Positions 14,401 to 26,216 of a stretch of 64,000 bases of DNA are shown piece after piece (position 1 is the stretch's first letter; each line of letters starts with the position of its first letter). Origin of the DNA: Eledone cirrhosa. Its lineage: Eukaryota. The notes beneath the pieces were generated by a model. It worked only from the letters and a program-made list of their open reading frames with translations. It did no database searches and had not been told where the DNA came from. The position numbers and the translations under genes are program-made. Where the stretch lies: contig OZ024741.1 in assembly GCA_964016885.1 (NCBI GenBank), positions 292,702,001-292,766,000 on the forward strand. The letters are read 5' to 3'.

Positions 14401-15873
14401 CCTTCGACCCCCCCCCCCACACACACACACTTATCCTCCACTCACACCACTAACACACCCCTCCTTTTCACCGCCCACCCCACAACTAACAATACTAACA
14501 CCTCCACTCCACCCCTCATCCGACCACCCTTCCCCAACTAACATACTAACATCCCTCCCTTCTTCTCCTCCTCCCCCTCCTTATCACACGCACACACCCA
14601 CCGGCACATATATACACGCGCTCACACTATACACACAACTTAACAAACACCACTAACCCTCACCCCCACACCTCCATCCCACCACCCCGCAACTAATCTC
14701 ATTAAAACCCCCTGACCCCAAGCACACGAACACACGCACCAACTTACACCACCCACCCCACACGCAACTAACATCACTAACACCCCCCAACCTCACGTAC
14801 ACGTACCCACACACCCTCGTACACCACCAACTCTACACACCCTACCCCCACTCACACCTGCATTCAACCCTTCCCCACCTCCCGTATACTAACACCCACT
14901 AACACCCCTTCATCAAACTACACACACACCAGTACACCACACTCCCTCCATAGAACTACACACACCCTTCTCTCCCCGCTCCACCCACACCCTCGCTCCA
15001 CACTCACTCATCCCACTAACACCTCTACTAATACACACACACACACCCTCCTCACTCCAACTTTCACACCTACCCATCCTCGCCCCTTTACCATTCCACC
15101 GACTGCTGCTATGCCCTCTGACCACCTCCCAGCACAACAGACACACAGCACTCCCACTGCTTGACCACTTCCTGTTGCGCACGCACCCCACATCTCTCCT
15201 CTTCCGACTATCTCTTCATGGAATAATCGTATGCGGAACTTGACCACCACAGAATCCACTAAACACCATAGGATTTTACCAACTTTTCAACCATCCTCTT
15301 ACGGAACCACCTATATAACTCACCCACACACACACCCCAAACAAATTTTTTTCTCCACACGCCACCTACACCCACAACACGCTTAAACCCCACACAGACG
15401 TGCTTTCCACCACATATTTACACCCTCCGCCTCCTGATTCCTCTCCCCCCACCCCTCTATCCACACACGCACAGATACTCCGACCCCCCCCCTCACACAC
15501 ACACCTCTTCCTGAACATGCAACCCCGTTCTTCCCCCAACCCTTACTTTCACATCCACACACACACATACACCTACACACACACACCACCTTCAGCCCTC
15601 CCAGCTCGGACACCCCGTCTCCCTCTCCCCACTCCACCCGCCACCACCCCTACACACCCCACACCCTTCCACCACCTGTTTTACCCCCCTTTTTATTTCA
15701 GTTTATTTTGATCATGCTTTTATATTTAATTTTATTTCATTCCCTGTATTTTGATCATGCTTTATTTTTATTTTTATTTTTATTTTTAATTTCATTCACA
15801 CAGTTTCCTTTCGCTATATGTCTCTCCACCACTCCCTTACACACCCTTTGAACTCTGTTCCCACACACTTCTC

Positions 15874-15905
15874 ACCTGAGGAAGGGCTTATGCCCGAAAC
15901 GTCGT
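15874..15905 (+). ncRNA. Minimal hammerhead ribozyme in the Penelope pLTR
   Basis: CTGAGGA-a-GGGC ttat GCCC-GAAA-C-GTC; stem I only ~2 bp. Confidence 0.75.
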
Positions 15906-15993
15906 TCCCCACCACCACCCCACTCTCCAGAGCGTGAAATTAATAAACATTCGTTGTACTGCCTCTCTGTTTTGTTCCTGTTCAAATTTTTCC

Positions 15994-16054
<61 letters not shown>

Positions 16055-16056
16055 AT

Positions 16057-16395
16057 GGAGGCACATGGCTTAGTGGTTCGAGCATTGGCCTTGCAATCGA
16101 AAGGTTGGGAGTTCAATTCTCAGACTGGGGGATGTGTTGTTTCCTTGGGCAAGACCCTTTATTTCACATTGCTCCAGTTTACTCAGCTGTAGAAATGAGA
16201 TGATAGGACTGGGGTCCATACCATTCCACTGCAAAGTGGTCGTGGGGGTGCCATGGCAAAAAAGCACCCAGCACTCACTGTAAATGAGGTTGATGTTAGG
16301 AAGGGCATCCAGCTGTAGAAATCAAGCCACAATCAGTCCAATCCCACCCTTGTAAGCAGGGAAAAAGCGGACGTAAAAATGCTGATGATGATGAT
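16057..16395 (+). mobile_element. tRNA-derived CORE-type SINE (family 1) with RTE tail
   Basis: A box tggcttagtgg, B box gagttcaattc, CORE-like ccttgggcaag..cagtttactcagctgtagaaatg, RTE 3' end. Confidence 0.88.
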
Positions 16396-16460
16396 ATATA
16401 CATATATATATATATATACATATATCTATATATATACATATATCTATATATATATATACA

Positions 16461-16648
16461 GATCAGAGCAAACATCACGGACGCTCTATCTCAAAATTAT
16501 TTTTGAAAAGCATTAGAAATGCGCAACCGGTAAAACTTAAAACCAAAACTGAATACTAACCAATACTATTACTAATTCTCACTTATTCCTAATTAAACTA
16601 TTTTTCACTGTGAACAATTTGTCAGCATTTTCTATTCCGTTTACCAAT
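16461..16648 (+). repeat. Fragment of the Penelope-associated repeat at 37385-37580
   Basis: Reverse-complement similarity to 37385-37580. Confidence 0.75.
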
Positions 16649-16674
16649 ATATATATATATATACATATATACAT

Positions 16675-16725
<51 letters not shown>

Positions 16726-16728
<3 letters not shown>

Positions 16729-17124
16729 TCATCATCATCATCATCACCGTTTTACGTCCGTTCTTCCACGCTAGCATGGGTTAGACGGGTTGTCCTGTTG
16801 TGGGCAGTGTCTGGTCGGCTGACCATGCCTTGCTCATACAGGAACTGATCTGGCTTGATTTCTACAGCTGGATGCCCTTCCTAACACCAACCTCATTTAC
16901 AGTGAGTGCTGGGTGCTTTTTCGTGGCGCCTACACGTCCACTTTACAGTGTGGGCTGGGTGCTTTTTTGCCGTGGCACCTCCACGACCACCTTGCGGTGG
17001 GGGGGGGGGGGGGCATATTGTTTATATGCTTCAGCATGTACCCATGGGAGGTCGGGTACCCTGTATTACTGCGTGACGCCAGAAGTCACGGTCGTGTGTC
17101 ATTGACTTTGAGAGGTGTAGTTGG
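16726..17124 (-). mobile_element. RTE family A 3' end
   Basis: Essentially identical to 47890-48284. Confidence 0.92.
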
Positions 17125-18325
17125 TATATATATATATACACATACATATATACACATGCACAGACACACACACAAATATAGGAGACGATAAATAACATTT
17201 CCTTTGTGTAGATGAAAGCAAGTATTTTTTTTTGTATGTATATATGCATTGATGCTGGCTGTCTGAAATATATATTTTGATTTCTATTAATTCCTTAGGG
17301 AATTGTTTGACCAACTGCTTTGCTTAATTATTGTATTTGTTTATTTGTAATTTCTATTCTTTCTCTAGGACTTCTGATATTTTCTTTGAAAGCAAAGTTT
17401 TTGAATCAGCCTCTAAATTACTACCATGGGACCCTGAGGGCTGGGACACTTGCCATCAGGCAAACTGACAACCTGTCCAGTCTGCCACAGTATATAGTCA
17501 TATACTTCAGCACACCAACAGTGTTTAAGTAAAATATATTTCTTTTCTGATGAAGCTTAGGAAACATATATCACCACATATGCTATTATGCTATGCCAAA
17601 ATATTTTGGCTATATTGTAAGAACATAAATAAATCTTTTTACACAATACTTTGTTTTTTCTGTTGTTGTCTGTGTATGTTAAGATTTATGTATTTTATAT
17701 AAAAGTTCCATGTTGTTATAAACAGCAGGACAATAGAACAGAATAATACATATTGTACCTGTTTAAGAGTTCAACGAAGGTCAAAATTCAATAAACATCA
17801 ATCACATACTGAATCCATGATCCTGTATTAGGTTTGGTGTTTTTATCCAAAATCTTAAACAGCAACTTTTAATATGATTTTTCTTTGTGCGATGTCATTT
17901 ATTACTATTTTATTTTGAGTAGATAAATATATATGAAGTATTATCTTACTCTCGCTAACATTGCTATGGAAAGGAAACTGATAAAAAGTAAATGCAGCAT
18001 GACAGCATAAAATAATTTGAGTTTATATTTGATTATTTTTTTACTGCTTTTTCCTTCAAATACCAAACAAAGTTAGAAATAAGCAGGAAAAGAAAAGCTT
18101 CCTTGATATGCGAAGAGGAAAATCTATGCTCCACTAATTGGAAGAGGACGGTAAATTGAGTCGCACACAGAAGTGCCTAAGGCTGCCGAAAAATATATCA
18201 ATCACTGCTGATTGGAGGCTGAAATAAGAAATAAGTTCTTTCGACATTCAGTGAGATGAAAAATAAATGATTATTATATATATGTAATATATATATATAT
18301 ATATACATAATATATATATATATAT

Positions 18326-18636
18326 GAAGGCACATGGCTTAGTGGTTAGAGCATTGGGCTTGCAATCGAAAGGTTGTGAGTTCAATTCTCGGACCGGGTG
18401 ATGCGTTGTTTTCTTGAGCAAGACACTTTATTTCACATTGCTCGAGTTTACTCAGCTGTAGAAATGAGATGATAGGGACCCCAGTCTCTATCATTCCACA
18501 GCAAAGTGGACATGGAGGTGCCATGTAAATGAGGTTGGTGTTAGGAAGGGCATCCATCTGTAGAAAGCAAGCCAGAATCAGTTCCCGTCCCACCCTTGCA
18601 AGCAGGGAAAAGTGGACGTAAAATGATGATGATGAT
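18326..18636 (+). mobile_element. CORE-type SINE (family 1)
   Basis: Same head, core and tail as 16057-16395. Confidence 0.88.
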
Positions 18637-18708
18637 ATATATATATACATAATATATATATATACATAATATATATATATATATATATACATTATATATA
18701 TATACATA

Positions 18709-18764
<56 letters not shown>

Positions 18765-18776
18765 TATGTATATATT

Positions 18777-18811
<35 letters not shown>

Positions 18812-18821
18812 TATATATATT

Positions 18822-19680
18822 ATAAACGGAAAAAATGAAACTAAATTTCATTTCCCACTTTTAGTACGGCTGTTCCTTAAATATAAGTATGTATACGTAC
18901 ATAGATATATGTATACAGACGTACAGTAGTATGTATATATATATACATACATGCACACATATATATATGTACGTATGGATTCACCAAACATTTATTATAA
19001 TGCTCGTTGTGTTTGTAAACAAACATCCCGTATAAAACCGCAGTGTCTAGCAACCATCGTTACTCGTTTTTTCAACACTGACAAAGGAACGCTGTACTAG
19101 TTTCAAGCTTGTTAGCTATCGTCAGCAACGTATACCTTCCTGCCAGATTGTTGAACGTCCGAAAGTATATAATTTCCTTATGCATATTAACGGCTGAGTA
19201 GCCCAATTTGCATATCGAATGGGTTAATCGGCCGGGTGCACCGAAAACGATAAACGATAAACGATAAACGGAAAATATGAAACGAAATTTCATTTTCCAC
19301 TCTTAGTACGGCGTTCCTTAGTACAGCGTTCCTTTGTCAGTGTTGAACAAACGAGCAACGGTGGTTGCTAGACACTGCGGCTTTATACGGGATGTTTGTT
19401 TACAAACACACCGAGCATTATAATAAATGTTTGGTGAATCCATACGTACATATATATATGTGTGCATGTATGTATATATATATACATACTACTGTACGTC
19501 TGTATACATATATCTATGTACGTATACATACTTATATTTAAGTAACAGCCGTAGTAAGAGTGGGAAAGGAAATTTCGTTTCATTTTTTCCGTTTATCGGA
19601 AAAGTGCTGCCATAAAATGGGTGGTGCAACCTAAATTTGGTAACTTATTGACCCCGAGCAACGCCGGGCTTTAATGCTAG
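18822..19680 (+). mobile_element. Non-autonomous Helitron with a long internal inverted repeat
   Basis: 3' hairpin cccgagcaacgccggg then CTAG|T at 19677-19681; ~278-bp arms 18822-19099 / 19319-19596. Confidence 0.75.
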
Positions 19681-19751
19681 TACATAATATATATATATAT
19701 ATTTATATATAATAAAGAGGAATTAAAAGATGGTTAAAAGAGTTCCATATA

Positions 19752-19817
19752 TTTTATTATGCGCATTTCGAATACAAAATCATCCTGGGACAAATATTGT
19801 GTTCTCATCAGATAATA
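19752..19817 (-). ncRNA. Type I hammerhead ribozyme
   Basis: ttat-CTGATGA-gaacacaa..ttgtattc-GAAA-TGCGCA-TA-ataa; palindromic stem III, AUA. Confidence 0.75.
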
Positions 19818-19819
19818 TA

Positions 19820-19887
19820 TTTTATCTGATGAGAAAACAATTTTTGTCCCAGGATGATTTTTTGCATTCGAAATGCGTTTAATAAAA
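19820..19887 (+). ncRNA. Type I hammerhead ribozyme (stem III damaged)
   Basis: ttttat-CTGATGA-gaa..ttc-GAAA-tgcgtt-TA-ataaaa. Confidence 0.65.
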
Positions 19888-20050
19888 TATATGGTACTCT
19901 TTTAACCATCTTTTAATTCCTCTTTATATATATTCCAGTTCTACCAACTGTTGAGTGCTACCTAACTGATATATGCATAGTTTTATTGTTCTACAATATT
20001 TCCCACCTTCTACATATATTTATATATATATATATATATCAATATATACA

Positions 20051-20114
<64 letters not shown>

Positions 20115-20193
20115 TTCCAATCTACTGTAAAACTCATTCTTTGACATAATCATTGAATATCGTTTAACACTTTAATATATATATATATATATA

Positions 20194-21669
20194 CTAGCAG
20201 TGGTGCTCGGCGTTGCACGGGATAAGGTATTTTGGAACGCGGGCCACCAACAGACCTAATCGTGGAAAAACTGCATGCCTCGACAATATGTAAAGAAAAT
20301 AAACCGAATAATCTTTAAGATTTTCGTCGATGAAGCAGGAAAATGCAGGTTTCCACCTAGGGGATCAAGAAAATGAATTTTTTTTATGTGCATAATATGC
20401 TTTGAAATTTCGGGAAAATCGGCTAAACGTAATGCCTAAAAAAAAGCCCTAAAAAGCTGAAAGAATGAAGTTTTTCACCTAATGCGGGCCCTAGGCCATA
20501 AAAAAAGTTGGATTTTCTTTGCTCACGGTATGAAGAAGAGACTGACTAATACATAGTTACCGGCTTTCATTTTTAGTGTTGTGTGAAATATATAACCGCC
20601 TTAGCTAAGCTTAGTATTGCTACACCCACGGCTGGCAAAGAAGTAAGGGTCTGGTGGTACGTAAGTAAGCAACACTGTGGCTTAAAATGGCGGCAGCAGA
20701 CAGCCAGACATATAGACATATATTATAAGGGCACATTCTGGACGCAGAGCGAATTGTAGGAAGTGACGTAATGCAGACAGCCAGACATACGGACAGATAT
20801 TATAAGGGCACGATGTTATTTGTTTGTATCTATCTAAAAAGAGAAAGACTAAGAATTATAGAGAGATCGCTAAATTGCCTAATGCGGTCCCTAGGACATT
20901 GAAAATTTGAAATTTCTTCTGCTCAGAACACTACCTAAAACATAAGTATTACATGTGTAAAGTTTGAAAAGAGTCGGTTGGGTGCTTCTCTACAATACTA
21001 AGCGGTAAAATAGTAACTTTCCTCTCGTAAATGTACGTAAGTAAGCAATACTGTGAAAACTGAAGCTATTACAGCGATGCTTTTCTTTACCGGCTTTAAT
21101 TTTTAGTGTTGTGTGAAATATATAACCGCCTTAGCTAAGCTTAGTATTGCCACAACCACGGCTGGCAAAAAAGTAAGGGTCTGGTGGTATGTAAGTAAGC
21201 AACACTGTGGCTTAAAACGTGAGGAAGAAGTTGTGTGCACTTACCAACTGTTTGGGGAATGAGTGTGAGATTTGTCTTGAGCAAGGGTGGCAGATTAACC
21301 GGGGGCAGCAGACAGCCAGACATACAGACAGATATTATAAGGACACGTTCTGGACGGAGAGGGAATTGTGGGAAGTGCCGTAATGCAGACAGTCAGAGAT
21401 ACAGACAGATATTATAAGGGCGCGACGTTATATGTATGTATCTACCTAAAAAGAGAAAGACTAAGAATTATAGAGAGAGATCGCTAAATCGCCTAATGCG
21501 GTTCATAGGGCATTGAAAATTTGAAATTGTTTTTGCTCAGAACACTCCCTGAAACATAAGTATTACATGTGTAAATTTTGAAAATAGTCGGTTGGGTGCT
21601 TCTCGAGTTTTAGGGATTCAAAATCACACACACACAGACAGACATCCTCAGTTTTATATATATAGAAGA
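20194..21669 (-). mobile_element. Complete non-autonomous Helitron with internal tandem duplication
   Basis: A|TCTTCTATATATAT 5' end, 3' hairpin cccgtgcaacgccgag plus CTAG|T; internal repeat ~20555-20990 / ~21086-21604. Confidence 0.88.
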
Positions 21670-21734
21670 TATATATATATAATATATATATTCATATATA
21701 TACATTATATATATAATATATATATTTATATAGA

Positions 21735-22156
21735 TTCTATTCTACGGCGGGTAAAATTCCCGAGATCCATGGACGAGTTCTCTCCAGCGGTCTCTGTTCT
21801 TCATTATCGCTGCCATGTCCTGCGTCTCCAACAGACCAGTGTCTGTCCTTAGGGCATCAACATACGCTAACCTTGGTCTTCCTCTTCCAGTGTGTCCATG
21901 TAGGGTCTCCCACAGGAGCACTGAGTGCAATGTCAACTCTGGATGTCGGTGAGCATTTCCAGCTAACCTCAGTCTCCTCTGTGTCACTTTTGGGAGGCTC
22001 CCATACAGCTCTGAGTTTTTCATCCTCAGTGTATACTGATTAATGTTCAGAGTCATCCTCAGCATTCTCGTGTTTGACCCATCCACCATCTGAGTGAGTT
22101 CCTTGGTCAGTGCCCAAGTCTCAGACCCGTACAGCAGCACAGACTCCACTACAGCA
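21735..22156 (-). mobile_element. RTE-clade LINE (third family) 3' fragment
   Basis: ESVLLYGSETWALT..RRLRLAG..GRGRP..DRDRW-like C-terminus. Confidence 0.9.
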
Positions 22157-22479
22157 ATTGTTGTTATTCATTGATTAGTCCCCAAATGTATTTCCAGCCA
22201 TGGAAGTTACGGAGTAGGTAGACCCAGAAAAACCTGGGACGATTTTATAAATTCCGACCTTACACACTTGCACCTCTCTAAGACAATGTCATTGGATTGA
22301 GATCTTTGGCGCCACGCAGAAATACAGAAGACCTGCCTTACCTATGTATAAAGCAAAACCTACAGTCAAGAGACACCTCTTAACCAAATGTACACTCCAA
22401 CCCACTACCCCTACTTCATCCTCCCACTCCCACCAACACCACCCTTTCTCTGTAAAGTTATGTTGGTACCACAACATCT

Positions 22480-22815
22480 AGTCCAAACTAATGAGGTCGT
22501 GTATGTGTCACGACAAAAAGACGCATAGTCCACGCTGTAATGTGGTCGTGTAGGTAACACGGTAAAAAGCACCCAGTCCACACTGTATATGTGGTTGGTG
22601 TTAGAAAGGGTATCCAGACGTAGAAAATCTGCCAGATAGTCCTATACGAGCGAGACAGGGTTACCCGACCAATCTTGCCTCAAGTGGGACAATTCCCGTC
22701 TAACCCATGCTAGCGTGGAAGATAGATGTTAAACTATGATGATGATGATCATCATCATCATCATCATTTTACGCCCGCTTTTCCCAGCTTGCAAGGGTTG
22801 GACGGGGCCTATTGA
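22480..22815. mobile_element. Two RTE 3' tails joined tail-to-tail
   Basis: + strand family A-like UTR ending (GAT)n at ~22748 abuts a - strand family B tail starting (CAT)n. Confidence 0.75.
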
Positions 22816-22844
22816 TGATAATATATATATTTATATATACATAA

Positions 22845-23375
22845 TATAGGGTTTTAAAAAGGGTTTTATTTACATTGTTAACAATTGTTTTATTTACAGT
22901 ATTAATAATTGTTTCATTGTATTTAAAATTAAGTGACACAACTTCAAGTGATTAGCAATTTTTAGACAACTTAATCAATGAAAGAATTGTTAATACTGTA
23001 AATAAAATCCTTTTTGTACTGTTGACCATGTTATTCTTCACTCTTTCACTATTATTACTGCAAGATTAACCTGCATAGGAATTCCGAGAACTCGCAAACT
23101 CGCTACCTAACTAAGGAAACCTCTTGTTGAATCAAACAACGCCGTATGATAAAACTATCCACAATACGGAGTATTCACAAGCTCTAACTGGATTACCTAT
23201 AACGATAATGTGTTATCCTGTCCCAATAGCTTTTTTTAGTTATTGCTCGCACCAACCTGAGGTATATGATTTTTAATGCGACGAAATATCAATGTTGGTT
23301 GGCAAATCACTGAGGAAGGAGTATTTTTATCATATGTAACCCATGTGCAACCACGCAGTATTCTTCTTTCTTCTC

Positions 23376-23380
<5 letters not shown>
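22845..23380 (+). mobile_element. Second, longer copy of the 7378 pLTR-like cassette
   Basis: Colinear similarity to 7555-7852; short inverted piece at the 5' end; hammerhead 3' half only. Confidence 0.7.
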
Positions 23381-23422
<42 letters not shown>

Positions 23423-23423
23423 T

Positions 23424-24342
23424 TGCTACAGGGGCATACAAAAATGGGACATTACAAGACGTGACGGCGGGGGTTTACATAAAAATAACTTTAACATTAA
23501 TAAATAACAAACTATATATAATAAAATAACAATAGGGGGGAACGTTACTGCAGGGTTGTTTTACACACCGTGGATAGAACAACCCTCAACACCAGGAACA
23601 CGTTTTTTAAGTGTTCCTGTCTTCCCTCTGTTTATCTTCCTCAACCTACAGGTTTATATACAGAGAAAACCCACTCACTCGGGTCATTTTCGCCACATTC
23701 ACCCACCTTTCAGCGAATTTACTGGGGTGTTGCACCTCTCTCTTCACTCTCACCTTCCTTCGGAAGTGGTACTTAAAGAAGGGGATAAGTTGTTGTTAGG
23801 GGAGAAAGGTGTTTGCCCTCAGTCCTTTTAACCTCGTCCACCATATTACCTCTTTCGCCATAGCCACCAGACAGAGGAAAACCGCCTCTACTTCATTCTT
23901 AAATGAAGGCGGCGGGGTGATCCTCACGATGGACTCGGCTGACAAGTGGATGCGTCCCACACGTGACAGCAACTGTTCGACATAATTCCACAGGTAGGTC
24001 AACCCTGAACACTGGTTTCGATGTCCTACTTGCATCTTGGACAGGTTCTTTTGGCAGGATCTCTGCCAGGGCGTCCGTGCCTGTAGATTTTGTCTCGAAC
24101 TAGTAGAGCTCCTCGGTAGCACTGCCAAGCCAGAGACCTCTGGAAGTTATCCATCGGCCCTAGACAGAAAATCCACCTGAACAGACTGGTCAGATCGTCC
24201 TCCTCGATGCCTAAAGTTTCTCCGAGAACGTATTCGCAAATATCCTCCATTAATCCCCTATAGAATGTCGAAGTGGAGTCTCCACTGATTGCTGTTTCCG
24301 TTGGTACAGGGCTGTGAGCACATGTAGGCACTTGAGATGCCA
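23424..24342 (-). mobile_element. L1/Tx1-clade LINE 3' fragment (zf-RVT region)
   Basis: RSLAWQCYRGALLVRDKI..TCPRC..QC..LW..V..KEVIWWTR. Confidence 0.8.
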
Positions 24343-24450
24343 TATATACATAGATAGATAGATAGATTCATATATATATATAGAGAGAGAGAGATTCACA
24401 TATATATATAGAGAGATTCATATATATATTCACAATATATATATATATAT

Positions 24451-24595
24451 CATCATCATCATTTTACGTCCGCTTTTCCCTGCTTGCAAGGGTTGGACGG
24501 GTCCTATTCAGCACAGCATCTCTCCACTTGTCACGGTCCTTCGTCATCTCCTCAGTGAGTTTCAGCGATCTGAGGCTGCTCTCACCACCTCCGTT
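24451..24595 (-). mobile_element. RTE family B 3' fragment
   Basis: Matches 35996-36140. Confidence 0.88.
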
Positions 24596-24663
24596 CATAT
24601 ATTCACATATATATATATTCATATATATGCGATTCTTTGCTTAAACTTTAATCTGTTATTTTA

Positions 24664-24770
<107 letters not shown>

Positions 24771-25211
24771 TAGGGAGAAAGAGACGATTATGAGGAAGAA
24801 ACATTTTTTTTTTCATTTTTTTGTCTCTCTCCCTCTTTTTTCTGGGTTAGAAAATGATTAAAACGAAATGTTTTACTTTGTGTGAAGTGTTAATTAGTTG
24901 ATTTATTTATTATTTAACAATGGCATTTATTTATCTATTTATCTATTTAATTAGTGTCTATTACCGGTTTCTGCATTTATATGCATTATCAAATGATAGT
25001 GAAATGTATTAGTGTGGTGTCGCACATGTTAAACAGAAGGTGCAGAAAGAATAATGTTATATACAAACACGGTTTAAGAACTGAAAAGAAAAAAGATAAA
25101 GGGAAAAAGCCGTGCATAATGTGGAACGTAAAAAGTCAATGTGGAAGAAAAGTTAATGTTATTTACAAACACAGTTATTGAAGTTAAGCAGTTCAAAATG
25201 TGTTAATATCG

Positions 25212-25283
<72 letters not shown>

Positions 25284-25323
25284 AAAATGAAAGAGCATCA
25301 GTGTTGCGACGAATAGTATTTAT

Positions 25324-25417
25324 ATATATTACAATTGTTTCTCTGGCGACCAGCTCAAGGCACGATCGATGTGATGATCGAACCTGACTCTGAAAATCGC
25401 AAGGTCCTCAGATATGT
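25324..25417 (-). ncRNA. Type I hammerhead ribozyme candidate, long stem II
   Basis: atat-CTGAGGA-cttgcgat..gtcgccag-a-GAAA-CAATTG-TA-atat. Confidence 0.55.
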
Positions 25418-25551
25418 CTTGTTTCTACGAAGTAGATTTAGGAAAATCTGCTTCGTAGAATCAAGACATATCTGAGGACCTATCCAAGGATAACTTGAAC
25501 CATTAAGGTATATTCTCCTTGGTTAAGTCAAAATTTATAAAACACACTTCG

Positions 25552-25612
25552 TATTTTATCTGATGATAGCGTACCAAAATTTTGGGATCCTTGAAATATA
25601 TATAATAGAATA
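25552..25612 (+). ncRNA. Type I hammerhead ribozyme
   Basis: tattttat-CTGATGA-(degenerate stem II ccaaaa/ttttgg)-GAAA-TATATA-TA-atagaata. Confidence 0.65.
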
Positions 25613-25658
25613 AATATGGTTTTATAAATATTGTTTCCATCTATTTAATATCATTGTG

Positions 25659-25765
<107 letters not shown>

Positions 25766-25775
25766 ATATATATAT

Positions 25776-26202
25776 CATCATCACCATTTTACGCCCGTTC
25801 TTTCACGCTAGCTTGAGTTAGCCGTATTGTCCTGTTGTGGGCAGTGTCCGGTCGGCTGACCTTGTCTTGCTCATACGGGAAATGATTCTGGCTTGATTTC
25901 TACAGCTGGATGCCCTTCCTAACACCAACCTCATTTACAGTGAGTGCTGGGTGCTTTTTTTCTGTGGCGCCTACACGTCCACTTTACTGTGTGGGCTGGG
26001 TGCTTTTTTGCCGTGGCGCCTCCACGACCACATTACAGTGGAATGATAGGGACTCCAGTCCTATCATGTCATTTCTACAGCTGAGTAAACTGGAGAATTG
26101 TGAAATAAAGTGTCTTGAGCAAGGAAACAACACATCAATCGGTACGAGAATTGAACTCACAACCTTTCGATTGCAAGCCCAATGCTCCAACCATTAAGCC
26201 AT
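25776..26202 (-). mobile_element. CORE-type SINE (family 1) with the full RTE family A tail
   Basis: Same head and core as 16057 but the 3' part is colinear with the RTE-A UTR to its end. Confidence 0.88.
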
Positions 26203-26216
26203 ATTCTTATATATAA

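Larger units (their letters stand above)
11765..15996 (+). mobile_element. Penelope-like retroelement (probably Neptune group), near full length, with C-rich 3' region and pLTR
   Basis: RT + GIY-YIG ORF, 1.6-kb 3' region, hammerhead at 15876, AATAAA at 15942, (TA)n on both sides. Confidence 0.93.
19711..20015 (+). mobile_element. Penelope pLTR-like foldback cassette with two hammerheads
   Basis: ~105-bp arms 19711-19815 / 19822-19927 plus a unique tail; (TA)n flanks. Confidence 0.75.
25281..25658. mobile_element. Multi-hammerhead cassette with a central 80-bp hairpin
   Basis: Hairpin 25402-25481; hammerhead motifs on both strands; long (TA)n both sides. Confidence 0.65.

Noticed and set aside
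11603-15711. Pro/Ser/Thr-rich and Gly/Val-rich ORFs resembling mucins or extensins
   Set aside because: Alternative frames and antisense of the C-rich Penelope element
16057-16135. tRNA-like sequence with a TTGCAAT loop
   Set aside because: SINE head continuous with CORE and RTE tail in four copies; not a tRNA gene
17547-17572. CTGATGAagcttagGAAAcatatatc
   Set aside because: Neither stem I nor stem II pairs convincingly
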